Shown here in pieces: positions 47,372-58,500 of a stretch of DNA of 64,000 nucleotides; within the stretch, counting starts at the first letter, position 1, and every line of letters starts with the position of its first letter. Position numbers and translations under genes: made by a program. The stretch comes from a virus (lineage: Duplodnaviria > Caudoviricetes). The stretch is taken from positions 10,229 to 74,228 of the IMG/VR virus record IMGVR_UViG_2791355159_000004; one strand, written 5' to 3'. A model generated the notes under the pieces. That model saw nothing but the letters and a program-made list of their open reading frames with translations. It was not told the DNA's origin and ran no database searches.

Positions 47372-47709
47372 GAGCAGGACCCATGCGTTACCGCGTGACG
47401 TTGCAGAAACCCGCATCCGGGCGCCTTCCATCTGGTCAGCCGGCAATCGGCTGGACGGATGTGAAAAGCATTCGCGCAGCCATCTCTGATGTCTCAGGCC
47501 GTGAGTTGCTTAATTCAGGCGCTGAGTTATCCGGGACCACGTCCCGCATATGGTTGCGTCGTATTGCGGGCATCACGATCACATCGGGTTGGCGGCTTGT
47601 GCATAATCCGCCAACGGGAGAAGGTGAGGTTTACGACATTAAATCAGTCACGCGTGCCGAGAACGGCGCCCGGCTTGAGCTGATGTGCGAAAGGGGGGTT
47701 AAGCAGTGA
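47368..47709 (+). CDS. Head closure protein
   Basis: MRAG.MR.RVTLQ start. Confidence 0.85.
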   Translation: MRAGPMRYRVTLQKPASGRLPSGQPAIGWTDVKSIRAAISDVSGRELLNSGAELSGTTSRIWLRRIAGITITSGWRLVHNPPTGEGEVYDIKSVTRAENGARLELMCERGVKQ

Positions 47710-48155
47710 TTTCGACAAATCTGGATTTTTCCGGGCTAAACGATATTGCAAAGGACCTTGAAGCGCTCAGTAAGGCGGAAAACAACAAGGTATTGCGGGA
47801 CGCCACGCGGGCAGGGGCTGAGGTATTGAAAGAGGAAGTTATTGCCAAAGCGCCAGTCAGAACCGGGAAGCTCAAGCGAAACGTAGTCGTTATGACGCAG
47901 AAGGCGCGCAGGCGCGGTGATATCTCTTCCGGCGTCCATATCCGAGGCGTTAATCCCGCAACGGGGAACAGCGATAAATCAATGAAAGCAGGCGATCCTA
48001 AAAATGCTTTCTACTGGCGATTTGTTGAAATGGGGACGTCAAAAATGCCCGCGCACCCCTTTGTCCGCCCCGCTTTTGACGTCCGGCAGGAAGAGGCGAC
48101 GCAGGCTGCGCTGGCGCGAATGAATCAGGCGATAGATGAGGTTTTGTCAAAATGA
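47706..48155 (+). CDS. HK97 gp10-like tail component
   Basis: APVRTGKL, FVEMGT and HPFVRPA motifs. Confidence 0.9.
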   Translation: MISTNLDFSGLNDIAKDLEALSKAENNKVLRDATRAGAEVLKEEVIAKAPVRTGKLKRNVVVMTQKARRRGDISSGVHIRGVNPATGNSDKSMKAGDPKNAFYWRFVEMGTSKMPAHPFVRPAFDVRQEEATQAALARMNQAIDEVLSK

Positions 48156-48481
48156 CAGAAGCCGATGTTTACCCATTGATTAGCGATGTTGCTGGCGGGA
48201 ACGTGTTTCCGTATGTCGCACCATCGGGAACGGCCGCGCCCTGGGTTGTATTCCTCTTTCCATCAGGAGTGGCCAGTGACGTGTTCTGTGGGCAGGCCGA
48301 AACAGCCAGCACGTTACAGATAGATGCCTGGGCGCAGTCCATTGATGAAGCGCGAACCCTGCGATCCCAAATACGCGCAGCGCTCGCGCCGCTTAACTCC
48401 GTCTCTCTCAATGAAATGAATGATTTCGAGCCTGATACGGCCCTTTACCGGGCAACGCTTGAAGTTCAGCTCTGGGATTAA
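48152..48481 (+). CDS. Tail terminator (DUF3168-like)
   Basis: QIDAWA motif; position. Confidence 0.8.
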   Translation: MTEADVYPLISDVAGGNVFPYVAPSGTAAPWVVFLFPSGVASDVFCGQAETASTLQIDAWAQSIDEARTLRSQIRAALAPLNSVSLNEMNDFEPDTALYRATLEVQLWD

Positions 48482-48527
48482 CCCCTGATGCCGCCTCCGG
48501 GCGGTTTTTTATTATCTGGAGATCACC

Positions 48528-48983
48528 ATGTCCTCAAAGTACGAAAAGACGCAGGGAACGAAGATTAACGTCTCTGCTGATGCAGCGACCGAAGCAAACC
48601 CGACCGGCGCAACCTGGCAAAGTATCAACTGCTCAACGAAAGAGCTGGGCTATACGGGCGGGCAAAAATCTGACATCGAAACGACCACGCTTTGCTCTAC
48701 CGAGCAGGAGATGACGAACGGTCTGGCTGCGCCGGGCGAGGTCACCATTTCCGGTAACTGGTCGGCAGATGAAGAGGGACAAAACACCCTCCGAACCGCT
48801 TATGACACGGATGCGTTACACGCCTTTCAGGTCATCTTCCCGTCTGGTAACGGCTATGCCTTCCTGGCTGAAGTGCGCCAGAACAGCTGGAGTATCTCAA
48901 CGGCTGGAGTGGTAACGGCATCCTTTACGCTTCGCGTCAAAGGCAAGCCCGTCCCGATCATACCGGCACCGGCTGCAGGCTAA
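48528..48983 (+). CDS. Major tail tube protein
   Basis: DIETTTLCS motif; position. Confidence 0.88.
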   Translation: MSSKYEKTQGTKINVSADAATEANPTGATWQSINCSTKELGYTGGQKSDIETTTLCSTEQEMTNGLAAPGEVTISGNWSADEEGQNTLRTAYDTDALHAFQVIFPSGNGYAFLAEVRQNSWSISTAGVVTASFTLRVKGKPVPIIPAPAAG

Positions 48984-49030
48984 TAACAGCGGCGAAAGCC
49001 GCTTTTCCTGAATGAAACAGAGAAAATGAA

Positions 49031-49423
49031 ATGGCAAAAACGGCATCACAGAATAACTTACGCGCGCTGGCGCTGGCCCCGATGGCAGGGTTTCGAAGCA
49101 AGGTTATTTCCGTCCCGGAATGGGAGAATGCAAAAGTAAAACTGCGAGAGCCTTCAGGTCAGGCCTGGCTTGAATGGCAGCAGATTATTAATCCTAATCC
49201 TGAAGGCGAGCCAGAAAAACTGACCGCTGCAGAGCGCGCGCTGCGAAATAAAAACGCAGATGTAGTGCTGTTTATCGACGTGCTGCTGAATGAAAACGAT
49301 ACACCCGTTTTCAAAGCCGAAGACAAGCCGCTTGTCGAAAACATTTATGGGCCGGTCCATGCCCGACTGCTCAAGCAAGCGCTCGATCTGAGCACGTCAC
49401 AGGCTGACGCAGAGGCAAAGTAA
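49031..49423 (+). CDS. Tail assembly chaperone (G-like)
   Basis: VPEW and YGPVH motifs; ends at the GGCAAAG slippery-like site. Confidence 0.85.
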   Translation: MAKTASQNNLRALALAPMAGFRSKVISVPEWENAKVKLREPSGQAWLEWQQIINPNPEGEPEKLTAAERALRNKNADVVLFIDVLLNENDTPVFKAEDKPLVENIYGPVHARLLKQALDLSTSQADAEAK

Positions 49424-49446
49424 GACAGCCCGGCACATTTTTCCTG

Positions 49447-49716
49447 ATGACTCTGGCGCTTCGTCTTGGGCGCACTTTGCATGAGCTTAAATCATCACTC
49501 ACAGCCAGCGAACTGCGCATGTGGATCGAGTATGACCGCCTTAATCCTGTCAGCGATCGGCGTGGGGACATACAGGCGGCTCAGATTGCTACAGCCGTTC
49601 TGAATTCACAGGGCGCAAAAGTGAAAATGGAAGATGTGCTGCTTCAGTGGCAGGAACCTGATCCGGTTGAGGAATCCAGCGGGCTGGAAGATTTCTTTGC
49701 TGCGCTTGCCGGATAG
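49447..49716 (+). CDS. Tail assembly chaperone T-like (DUF4035; -1 frameshift portion)
   Basis: LALRLGRTLHEL; open -1 frame from 49414. Confidence 0.8.
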   Translation: MTLALRLGRTLHELKSSLTASELRMWIEYDRLNPVSDRRGDIQAAQIATAVLNSQGAKVKMEDVLLQWQEPDPVEESSGLEDFFAALAG

Positions 49717-49738
49717 CGCAGCCCTTAAAGGGTGACTT

Positions 49739-52700
49739 ATGGCTACGCTGCGTGAACTTATCATTAAAATTTCGGCGAACTCCACTTCATTCCAGTCCGA
49801 AATTGCGCGAGCGTCGCGCATGGGGTCTGATTATTACAAAACCATGGAGCAGGGCGGGCGAAAAGCCTCAGCTGCCACGCGAGAAACTCAGCGTGCTTTG
49901 GCTGATCTCAATTCTCAGCTGTCGTCAGTTCGTGAGCGTGCCGCAGGTATGGCTGGGGCATTTGCCGGCGCTTTTGCGACCAGCCAGCTGGTCCACTATG
50001 CCGATACATGGAACCAGCTAAGCGGTCGCCTGCGACTTGCCTCTACCTCCGCAGAGGATTTCACCCGATCGCAGCAGACTCTGATGTCTATCAGCCAGCG
50101 CACCGGAACGTCATTCGAGGCGAACGCGAATCTGTACAGCCGCATTGCCTCATCTCTGCGGGACGCCGGCTATGCATCGGCTGACGTCGCCAAAGTTACA
50201 GAGACCGTGGCCACCTCGCTTAAGCTGTCAGGCGCGAGCACCGAGGAGGCCAGTTCCGTTATTACCCAGCTGAGCCAGGCGCTGGGTTCAGGCGTGCTGC
50301 GCGGTGAGGAATTCAACGCCATTATGGAAAGTGGTGGCAGGCTGGCTAAGTTCCTTGCGGATGGTCTGGGAACCACCATTGGCGGCCTGCGTAACATGGC
50401 AAACAACGGCGAGCTGACCACAGATAAGATCGTGCCGCTCCTGACCAATGTCGACCAGTTGCGGAAAGAGTTCGATACGCTGCCAGCTTCAATCAGCGGC
50501 TCTGCGCAGAAAGTAGAAAACGCATTCATGGCATGGGTGGGTGGCGCTAACAACGCCGTCGGAGCCTCGTCATCCCTTTCAGGCGTGCTCGATGGCCTGG
50601 CAAAGAACATCGACACGGTGGCGAACGCTGCTGGCGTGCTGGTCGGGCTGGGTGTCGCCCGCTATTTCGGCAACATGGTCACTGGTGTTGCCAGCGCCAC
50701 GGCCTCTGTCATTTCCAATACTGCTGCGGAGGTAGCTCTTGCAGAAGCCCAGTTGCGCGGTACTCAGGTAAGCGTCGCAACAGCCAGGCAGGCCGTATAT
50801 CGTGCTCAGCAGGCACGTTCAGCAGCCGCTGGCATTGAGGCGCAGATTGCAGCTGAGCGTCAGCTTGCTGTCGCTCAGGCACAGTTGAACACCTCAATTA
50901 CGGCCCGCTCATCTGCAGCCGGACGACTTACCGAAACAGCCTCCGTAATGTCCCGCCTTGGCAGTGGGGTTCTGGGTCTGCTCGGTGGATGGCCAGGCGT
51001 GATTATTGCCGCTGGCACGGCTATGTACGGGGTATATCAGCATACGCAGCAGGTACACCAGGAGGCAGTCGCATTCTCTGACAATCTGGACGCTATCAAC
51101 AGCAAGCTCAACCAGATGTCAGTCGCCGGATTACGTTCTACGTCAGCAGATGCGCGCGGTTCGCTGACAGCGCAGAAAAAAGACCTTGCCGATATTGATG
51201 AGCAAATCCGACAAACACGCGACAGTCTCGCAGCCATGCAGAGCATGGAAAAGCAGTATGACGAGCATCCCTGGCTGGCTCGAATTAACAACCTCATGTC
51301 AGTCGAGGAGCTTACCAAAAGGCAGCAGGATGCTACCGATCAGCTTAATAAGCTGGAATATCAGCGAGAGCAGGCTGCGTCAAAGGTCGAAGCAACTCAG
51401 AAGCTGGTGAATGATGCCAGCGATCTTGCTACTAAAAAGGCCATTGAGCAGGCCGGCGCCGTAGCGATTCTGAAAGGTGCTTATGATCTGCTGAATCGCT
51501 CAATGAGTGCCATGGGTGGCGCCACGCCTCCGCAGTATGCAGGCCCGGTTGTATCACTGGCTAAAGCCACGCCTCAGCAGTCTACGGCGCTGGAAAAAGC
51601 CCGGCGCGATAACGAGCTGGCAAGCCTGTCCGGTTTGCAGAAACTGCATCGGCAGTATGAATATGAAGCCGACGATTTAAAGCTTACTGGCGCGCTCTAT
51701 ACGCAGTACGTTTACAACAAGGACCAGGCTGCTAAAAAGGATGCTGAAGCAGCGCAGGCAAAAAAAGATGGCACTGCGGCCACCAATGCGCAGAACAAGG
51801 CTGAGCGAGAGGCGGCTTCTGTTGCTGAACAGTACGCGCGGAAAATGGCCGATCTCAGCGTGGCGGTGGAAGTGCAAAAGGTTCGCGCTACCGAGGGAGA
51901 AAAGGCGTCTGAGCTTTATGCCGCCTCACATCAGGCCGGAACCAAATGGACTGATGAGCAGCGCCAGGCAATCAGGGCATCATCAACTGAACTGGAGAAG
52001 TGGACCCAGAAAGCTGATGAAAATGTTCGAAAGCAGCGCGAGCAAATTGAGGCGCTGAAAGACCTGCGTGACGCGGCTCGTAAGTATCAGGATGATGCAG
52101 CCATGATCTCATCCACTGCAGGGATGGGGGACCGCCAGAGGGAGCGCTTCACCGAGCAGCAGCAGGTAGATCGTGTGTTTGATAAAACTGATAAGGGCGC
52201 AGATGCCGTGGCGGCCAGAACAGCAGCACTCGATGCTCTGGACAGGAAATATCAGGAAACAGCCGCTACCGAAGCCAACTGGCTTAACGGCGTCTCTCGT
52301 GGTTATGAAAACTGGCTTGCCAATACCAGTAACGTTGCTGGCACGGTTTCGCAGGGCATTACTTCTACCATGGATAGCGCGCTAGATAACATGTCTGCAA
52401 TGCTGGTGGGTAGCAAAGCCGACTGGAAGAGCTGGGGGCTGTCTGTTCTCCAGATGATTTCGAAAGTTGCGCTGCAAATGGCAATCGTAAATGCCATGGG
52501 CAGCAGTGGCTCATCTTTCGGGAGCATTCTCGGGTCGGTTTTCAGCAGTTTCGGTGGCGCAGCTGCGGGGGCTGCGGGCGGAACGACCGGTGCTATGGGT
52601 ATGTCAACGAGCTATGCCGCTTATGATGATGGCGGATATACGGGGCCGGGTGGTAAACACGATCCTGCCGGCATCGTCCACAAAGGTGAGTTTGTTTTCA

Positions 52701-53011
52701 CCAAAGAGGCAACGCAGCGGATTGGCGTATCGAACCTATATGACATGATGCGGGGGTACGCTACTGGCGGCTACGTGGGTAATCCCGCCCAGCCCATCTA
52801 TTCATCTGGCGTTAACCGCGCTACAGGAAGCGGTAACACGGTCATTCAGGTTAATGCTCCCGTCAGCATAGTTCAGGATGGCGGGTCTGGTGATGCGTCT
52901 TCTGCCGGCACCGCTAACGCGGCCAATCAGCTTAAATCCATCGTTCAGACCACAATCACAGAGCGCCTGAGGAAAGAGATGTCTCCCGGTGGCGTCCTGT
53001 ATCGCGCATAA
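49739..53011 (+). CDS. Tape measure protein
   Basis: 1090 aa; QLSQALGSGVLRGEEFN and AGIVHKGEFV motifs. Confidence 0.95.
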   Translation: MATLRELIIKISANSTSFQSEIARASRMGSDYYKTMEQGGRKASAATRETQRALADLNSQLSSVRERAAGMAGAFAGAFATSQLVHYADTWNQLSGRLRLASTSAEDFTRSQQTLMSISQRTGTSFEANANLYSRIASSLRDAGYASADVAKVTETVATSLKLSGASTEEASSVITQLSQALGSGVLRGEEFNAIMESGGRLAKFLADGLGTTIGGLRNMANNGELTTDKIVPLLTNVDQLRKEFDTLPASISGSAQKVENAFMAWVGGANNAVGASSSLSGVLDGLAKNIDTVANAAGVLVGLGVARYFGNMVTGVASATASVISNTAAEVALAEAQLRGTQVSVATARQAVYRAQQARSAAAGIEAQIAAERQLAVAQAQLNTSITARSSAAGRLTETASVMSRLGSGVLGLLGGWPGVIIAAGTAMYGVYQHTQQVHQEAVAFSDNLDAINSKLNQMSVAGLRSTSADARGSLTAQKKDLADIDEQIRQTRDSLAAMQSMEKQYDEHPWLARINNLMSVEELTKRQQDATDQLNKLEYQREQAASKVEATQKLVNDASDLATKKAIEQAGAVAILKGAYDLLNRSMSAMGGATPPQYAGPVVSLAKATPQQSTALEKARRDNELASLSGLQKLHRQYEYEADDLKLTGALYTQYVYNKDQAAKKDAEAAQAKKDGTAATNAQNKAEREAASVAEQYARKMADLSVAVEVQKVRATEGEKASELYAASHQAGTKWTDEQRQAIRASSTELEKWTQKADENVRKQREQIEALKDLRDAARKYQDDAAMISSTAGMGDRQRERFTEQQQVDRVFDKTDKGADAVAARTAALDALDRKYQETAATEANWLNGVSRGYENWLANTSNVAGTVSQGITSTMDSALDNMSAMLVGSKADWKSWGLSVLQMISKVALQMAIVNAMGSSGSSFGSILGSVFSSFGGAAAGAAGGTTGAMGMSTSYAAYDDGGYTGPGGKHDPAGIVHKGEFVFTKEATQRIGVSNLYDMMRGYATGGYVGNPAQPIYSSGVNRATGSGNTVIQVNAPVSIVQDGGSGDASSAGTANAANQLKSIVQTTITERLRKEMSPGGVLYRA

Positions 53012-53023
53012 GGTGACGGAAAC

Positions 53024-53365
53024 ATGGCTATTGATACATTCACCTGGTGTGCCAGAACTGAAGCAAGTGAGCAGCTGAACGTTTCCACGATTCAGGCGCA
53101 ATTCGGTGACGGCTACAAACAAATCGCCGGTAAGGGAATCAACGAGGCATCAGAGAGCTGGTCCCTTGCCTGCAACGGAAGACTGGCCGCCATGGCCTCT
53201 GTGAGAGCTTTTCTCAAAAGCCATGTGACCACCTCTTTCTGGTGGACTAACCCATGGGGTGAAAAAAAGCTGTATCGGGTGAAATCAGACTCGATCAATC
53301 CCAAGTTCGTCAATGGGGACTTCGCGGAAATTTCTTTCACGTTTGAACAGGCATTTGCACCGTGA
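53024..53365 (+). CDS. Minor tail protein M-like
   Basis: QFGDGYKQ motif. Confidence 0.9.
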   Translation: MAIDTFTWCARTEASEQLNVSTIQAQFGDGYKQIAGKGINEASESWSLACNGRLAAMASVRAFLKSHVTTSFWWTNPWGEKKLYRVKSDSINPKFVNGDFAEISFTFEQAFAP

Positions 53366-53414
53366 CAGGTCACGAACCAACAGGCGCTCCGGCGCCTTTT
53401 TTTATGGGTGAAAT

Positions 53415-54152
53415 ATGAGCTTTACTCAGGATGTTCAGGCGCTGGAGCCGGGCCAGCTGGTGCAGATGATTGAGATCGACGGGACAGAATTCGGCCTTGA
53501 CACCATTCTGCGATTCCATGCTTACAACCTTCCCACAGAAGGCTGGGCATCATTTGCCGCGGATAATTTGCCGTCCATCATTTGGCAGGGAAATGAGTTC
53601 GACCCGCACCCCTACGAGCTGACAGGACTGGAAATGAGCAGCTCAGGCTCACAGCCCACGCCTAAGCTTTCAGTCGGTAACGTTGGCAATTACGTTACGG
53701 CGCTTTGCCTGCAGTACCAAGACATGGTGAAGGCGAAGGTAAGGATTCATACCACGCTTGCAAAATACCTCGATGCGGCCAACTGGACGGCCGGCAACCC
53801 TAACGCAAACCCTCAGGAAAGCCGGGTGCAGCTGTTTTATGTGAATGCAAAAACAGCAGAGACGCGCGTGCAGGTAGATTTTGAACTCTGCTCGCCATTC
53901 GACATTCAGGGGCTGCAGCTTCCTTCTCGGCAGATCACTCCGGTTTGCACCTGGTGCATGCGCGGCTGGTATCGGACCGGCACAGGATGCGACTACAACG
54001 GAACGCGCTACTTCCTCAAAGACGGTACGCCTACGGACAACCCGTCTCTGGATGTGTGCGGCGGACGGCTTGGGGACTGCAAGCTGCGTTTCGGCGAGGA
54101 TCAGCCTCTGTCATTCGGCGGTTTCCCTGCAGCCAACCTTCAGGGAAAGTAA
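53415..54152 (+). CDS. Minor tail protein L-like
   Basis: CTW...C...DVCG..L.DC..RFG...FGGFP. Confidence 0.92.
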   Translation: MSFTQDVQALEPGQLVQMIEIDGTEFGLDTILRFHAYNLPTEGWASFAADNLPSIIWQGNEFDPHPYELTGLEMSSSGSQPTPKLSVGNVGNYVTALCLQYQDMVKAKVRIHTTLAKYLDAANWTAGNPNANPQESRVQLFYVNAKTAETRVQVDFELCSPFDIQGLQLPSRQITPVCTWCMRGWYRTGTGCDYNGTRYFLKDGTPTDNPSLDVCGGRLGDCKLRFGEDQPLSFGGFPAANLQGK

Positions 54153-54154
54153 TC

Positions 54155-54874
54155 ATGCGCAAACAAATTCTGGAAGCCATACGCGAGCATGTTGCTGCGG
54201 AGTATCCAAAAGAGGCTTGTGGGCTGGTCATTCAGTCTGGCCGGAAGCAGGTGTATGTGCCATGTAGCAACATTCATGAGGAGCCGACTGAACACTTCAC
54301 GATTTCATCTGAAGAGAGGCGGGCGGCCGAAAAGCTCGGGGCCATCCTGATGGTTATTCATTCTCACCCTAACGTTCCGCAGCTAATTCCGTCTGAGCGG
54401 GATCGCGTTCAGTGCGATTACTGGGGCATTGAGTGGGGGATCATGTCGTGGCCAGATGGCGACTTCTGTACCTTTTCCCCGCGCGTTGACCGTGAGCTGG
54501 TCGGCCGTAGCTGGGTGCTGGGATTTGCCGATTGCTGGACGCTCATTATGGACTATTACCGGCAAGAGCACGGCATAAACCTCAATAACTGGTCTGTCGA
54601 TTATGAGTGGTGGGCAGACGGGAAAGAAAACCGCTACGACGATAACTGGCAGAGCGAGGGCTTCGTTGAAGTGCCTGCAGCTGAAATGCGTGAGGGCGAC
54701 ATGATCATGATGCAGATTCAGGCGCCGGTAACGAATCACGCGGCTATTTACCTCGGCAACAACATCATTCTTCACCACAACTCCGGGAACCTTTCAACGC
54801 GCGTTCCGTATGGCGAGTACTGGCGTAACCGAACTGTGCGCGTGGTTCGCAGAAAGGAGCTGATGGATGCTTAA
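54155..54874 (+). CDS. Tail assembly protein K (JAB plus NlpC/P60)
   Basis: EACG, HSHP, DCW and NHAAIY motifs. Confidence 0.92.
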   Translation: MRKQILEAIREHVAAEYPKEACGLVIQSGRKQVYVPCSNIHEEPTEHFTISSEERRAAEKLGAILMVIHSHPNVPQLIPSERDRVQCDYWGIEWGIMSWPDGDFCTFSPRVDRELVGRSWVLGFADCWTLIMDYYRQEHGINLNNWSVDYEWWADGKENRYDDNWQSEGFVEVPAAEMREGDMIMMQIQAPVTNHAAIYLGNNIILHHNSGNLSTRVPYGEYWRNRTVRVVRRKELMDA

Positions 54875-55490
54875 GACAATGACCCTGAAAGGGCCCATGG
54901 CAAAGAAATTTGGAAAGGTTCACCGCTATCATGTTGCCGATCTGCGTGAACTCCTGCGAGCCATGTGCTCACAGGTGCCAGGCTTTAAAAAGTACGTTTC
55001 CAACGCTCACTTAAACGGGATCAGGTTCGCGTTCTTCAGCGGCAAAAATAATATCAGCCTGCAAGAGTTTGATATGTCGTCTGGTTCCACTGAGTTTGAG
55101 ATGGAGCCTGTCATCGAAGGTTCCAAGCGGGGCGGAGCTTTGCAGATAATCATCGGCGCGGTAGCAATCGTAGCCGCCTTCTTTACTGCAGGTGCCAGCT
55201 TAGCAGCTTACGGCGCAGCACTGGGAACCACTACCGCCGTGGGGCTGGCAACTACCGCGCTGACCAGCCTGGGTATCAGCATGCTCCTTGGCGGAGTGGT
55301 TCAGATGCTGACTCCCCAGCCCAAATATAATATCGGTGCTTCATCCAGTACGGATAACAAGCCTAACTATGCCTTTGGCGCGCCGATCAACACGGTAGCG
55401 ATGGGGTACCCGGTCCCGGTCCTTTATGGAGAACGGGAAATTGGCGGGGCGATCATCAGCGCCGGAAGCTTTACCAGCGATCAGCAATAA
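54867..55490 (+). CDS. Tail assembly protein I
   Basis: GYPVPVLYGEREIGG motif. Confidence 0.92.
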   Translation: MLKTMTLKGPMAKKFGKVHRYHVADLRELLRAMCSQVPGFKKYVSNAHLNGIRFAFFSGKNNISLQEFDMSSGSTEFEMEPVIEGSKRGGALQIIIGAVAIVAAFFTAGASLAAYGAALGTTTAVGLATTALTSLGISMLLGGVVQMLTPQPKYNIGASSSTDNKPNYAFGAPINTVAMGYPVPVLYGEREIGGAIISAGSFTSDQQ

Positions 55491-55545
55491 AACTCTCTGA
55501 CTTGATTTCAGGCCACCTTCGGGTGGCTTTTTTTATGGGTGAAAT

Positions 55546-58500
55546 ATGCGATTACTCGAAGGGGCAACCGTCCTTGGCGGCAGCAAGGGCGGCGGTGGCA
55601 GCGCACATACGCCTGTAGAGCAGGAAGACGATCTGCTTTCTATCGCCAAGCTGAAAATGCTGCTGGCGCTCTCTGAGGGAGAAATTCAGGGTGACTTAAC
55701 AGCACAGCAGATTTACCTGAATGACACCCAGCTTGCGAATGATGACGGCACTTATAATTTTACCGGCGTCGTCTGGGACTGGCGAAAAGGCACTCAGGAT
55801 CAGGGTTACATTCAGGGCATGCCAGAGGTTGATAACGAGCTTTCTGTGGGTGTGGTGGTAACACAATCCGTACCCTGGACACGCCAGTACACTAACCTTA
55901 CGCTCGATGCCGTGCGTATCAAGCTCAGCCTGCCGGTTCAGTATGCCTATAAAGATAACGGCGATATGGTCGGCACGGTCACTCAGTATGCGATTGACCT
56001 TTCTACAGATGGCGGCTCATGGGTTCAGGTTGTTGACGGCAGTTTCAACGGCAAAACCACCTCAGAATATCAGCGCGATCATCGCATCGACTTGCCAAAG
56101 GCATCAAGCGGCTGGGCAATCAGGGTGCGACGCATCACTGCAGACTCTTCCTCATCGAAGCTAATCAATGCGTTCAGTGTATTTTCATTTGCCGAGGTCA
56201 TCGACAGCAAACTGCGTTACCCCAACACCGCGCTGTTGTATATCGAAGTTGATGCCAGCCAGTTCAATGGCAGCGCGCCGAAAGTAACGTGCAAACCCAA
56301 AGGCAGGCTGGTTCGTGTTCCAACAACCTACGATCCGAATTCACGCACGTATACCGGTAACTGGCTGGGTGATTTCAAATACGCCTACACGAATAACCCG
56401 GCGTGGATATTTTACGATCTGGTGCTGGATAAAATCTTCGGCATGGGTAACCGCGTCGATGCATCGATGATTGATAAATGGGAATTGTACGACATTGCCC
56501 AGTACTGCGATCAGATGGTTAGCAATGGCGCCGGCGGCACAGAACCGCGCTTTACCTGTAACGTTTTCATTCAGAACCAGCAGGACGCTTATACCGTACT
56601 CAAAGACATCGCGGCCATATTTCGTGGCATCACGTTCTGGGGCAATAACCAGATTTTCGTCAATGCTGATGTGCCACAGGTTGATGCTAACGGCAACATG
56701 GACGTTGACTACATTTATCACTCTTCCAACATCATTGACGGTTTTCCGACTTATGCCGGCGGCAGCTATAAAAACCGTTACACCTCTTGCCAGGTGTCAT
56801 GGTCCGATCCCGTAAACCACTATTCAGATACTGTAGAAGGCGTTTACGACACAGACCTTGTCGAGCGTTACGGCGTCAATGAAATGTCGCTCACGGCTAT
56901 CGGCTGCACCTCCCAGAGTGAAGCACACCGCCGCGGGCGTTGGGCTATCCTGTCGAATGCTAAAGACGGCACTATTTCCTTTGGCACTGGCCTGGATGGT
57001 TATCTTCCTGTTCCGGCAGAAGTCATCGGTGTTGCCGATCCTTTCAGGGCGGGAAAAGACAACGGCGGACGCATCAGCGCAGTGAATGGCCCAAAGCTAA
57101 CACTTGACCGGGCCATTGATTATTCGGCAGGTGATCGGCTTGTTGTAAACCTCCCTGATGGAACCGCGCAGACCCGAACGATTCGCAGCATCAGCAGCGA
57201 AAAAAAAACGGTCACCGTTAATACGGCTTTCAGAATGACACCGGTTGCCGGCGCCGTATGGGCCATCGACAGCGATAATCTCGCCATTCAGTATTACCGC
57301 GTGACCTCTGTTGCCCGTAATGATGACGGAACGTTTACCATCACAGGCGTTGAGCACGATCCAAACAAATACCGCTATATCGACGATGGCGTGCGTATTG
57401 AGCCGGCGCCAATTACTGTCACGCCGATAAGCGTGCTGAAAGCGCCGACGAATATCGCCGTCTCCGAAGTGAGCTATGTCGAACAGGGATTGTCGGTTTC
57501 GATAATGCAGGTGACATGGGACAGAGTTGAGGGCGCAATTAGCTACGTAGCGCAGTGGCGTAAGGATAAAGGAGACTGGGTTAACGTCAGCCAGACCAGC
57601 GCGCATGGATTCAGCATCAGCGGTATTTACACGGGCGTTTATGATGTCCGCGTGCGCGCCGTGAACGCAGCAGAAGTTTCTTCGCCATGGGGATACGCTG
57701 ATTCTACTTCTCTGATTGGCAAAGCCGGTAAGCCCGGTACACCTGTAAATCTTCGAGCCACAGATAATGTCGTGTGGGCTATCGATGTCACCTGGGCTTT
57801 TCCTGCCGGATCGGGCGATACGGCGTATACCGAAATTCAGGCGGCAACAACAGCTGATGGACAAAACCCGCAGTTCCTTGCCTATGTTCCTTATCCTGGC
57901 TTGAGTTATCAGCATGGGCCAATGCCGGCTGGTGTTCGCCGCTGGTATCGCGCTAGGCTGGTGGACAAAATCGGCAATGTGGGCGACTGGACGGCTTTCG
58001 CTGCAGGCATGTCCAATGTGAATGCTAATGATCTTATCGGGAATGTAGTGGAAGAGTTCCTGACGTCTCCAGATGGAAAGCAGCTGCTTAAGCCGTTAGT
58101 CACTGATCCGCAGGCTTTATTACAGAACATGCTGGCTGATTATGACTCTGTTAACCAGCAATGGGCGCAATATGGTGATAACCGCGCTGGCATTTTACAG
58201 GCGCAGAAGGTATCAGCTGATGCGCAAAAATCTGTTGCACAGCTGGAAACAAATGTTGTTGCAAGCTTTACAGCGACAAACCAGAAAGTTGATGCACAGG
58301 GACAGGCTATTAGCGTCAATGAAGCAGCCATTCAGCAAAAATTTACCGCATACGCCGATGCTACCAGTCCGTCAGCAATTTACACCCTGAAAACCGGTAT
58401 TCGCTATAACGGCGTCAATTACGATGCAGGTTTGTCAGTGGCTGCAACTGTCAATGGCAGCGGCGGAGTTGATACGCGTGTTGCGGTAAACGCTAATCAG

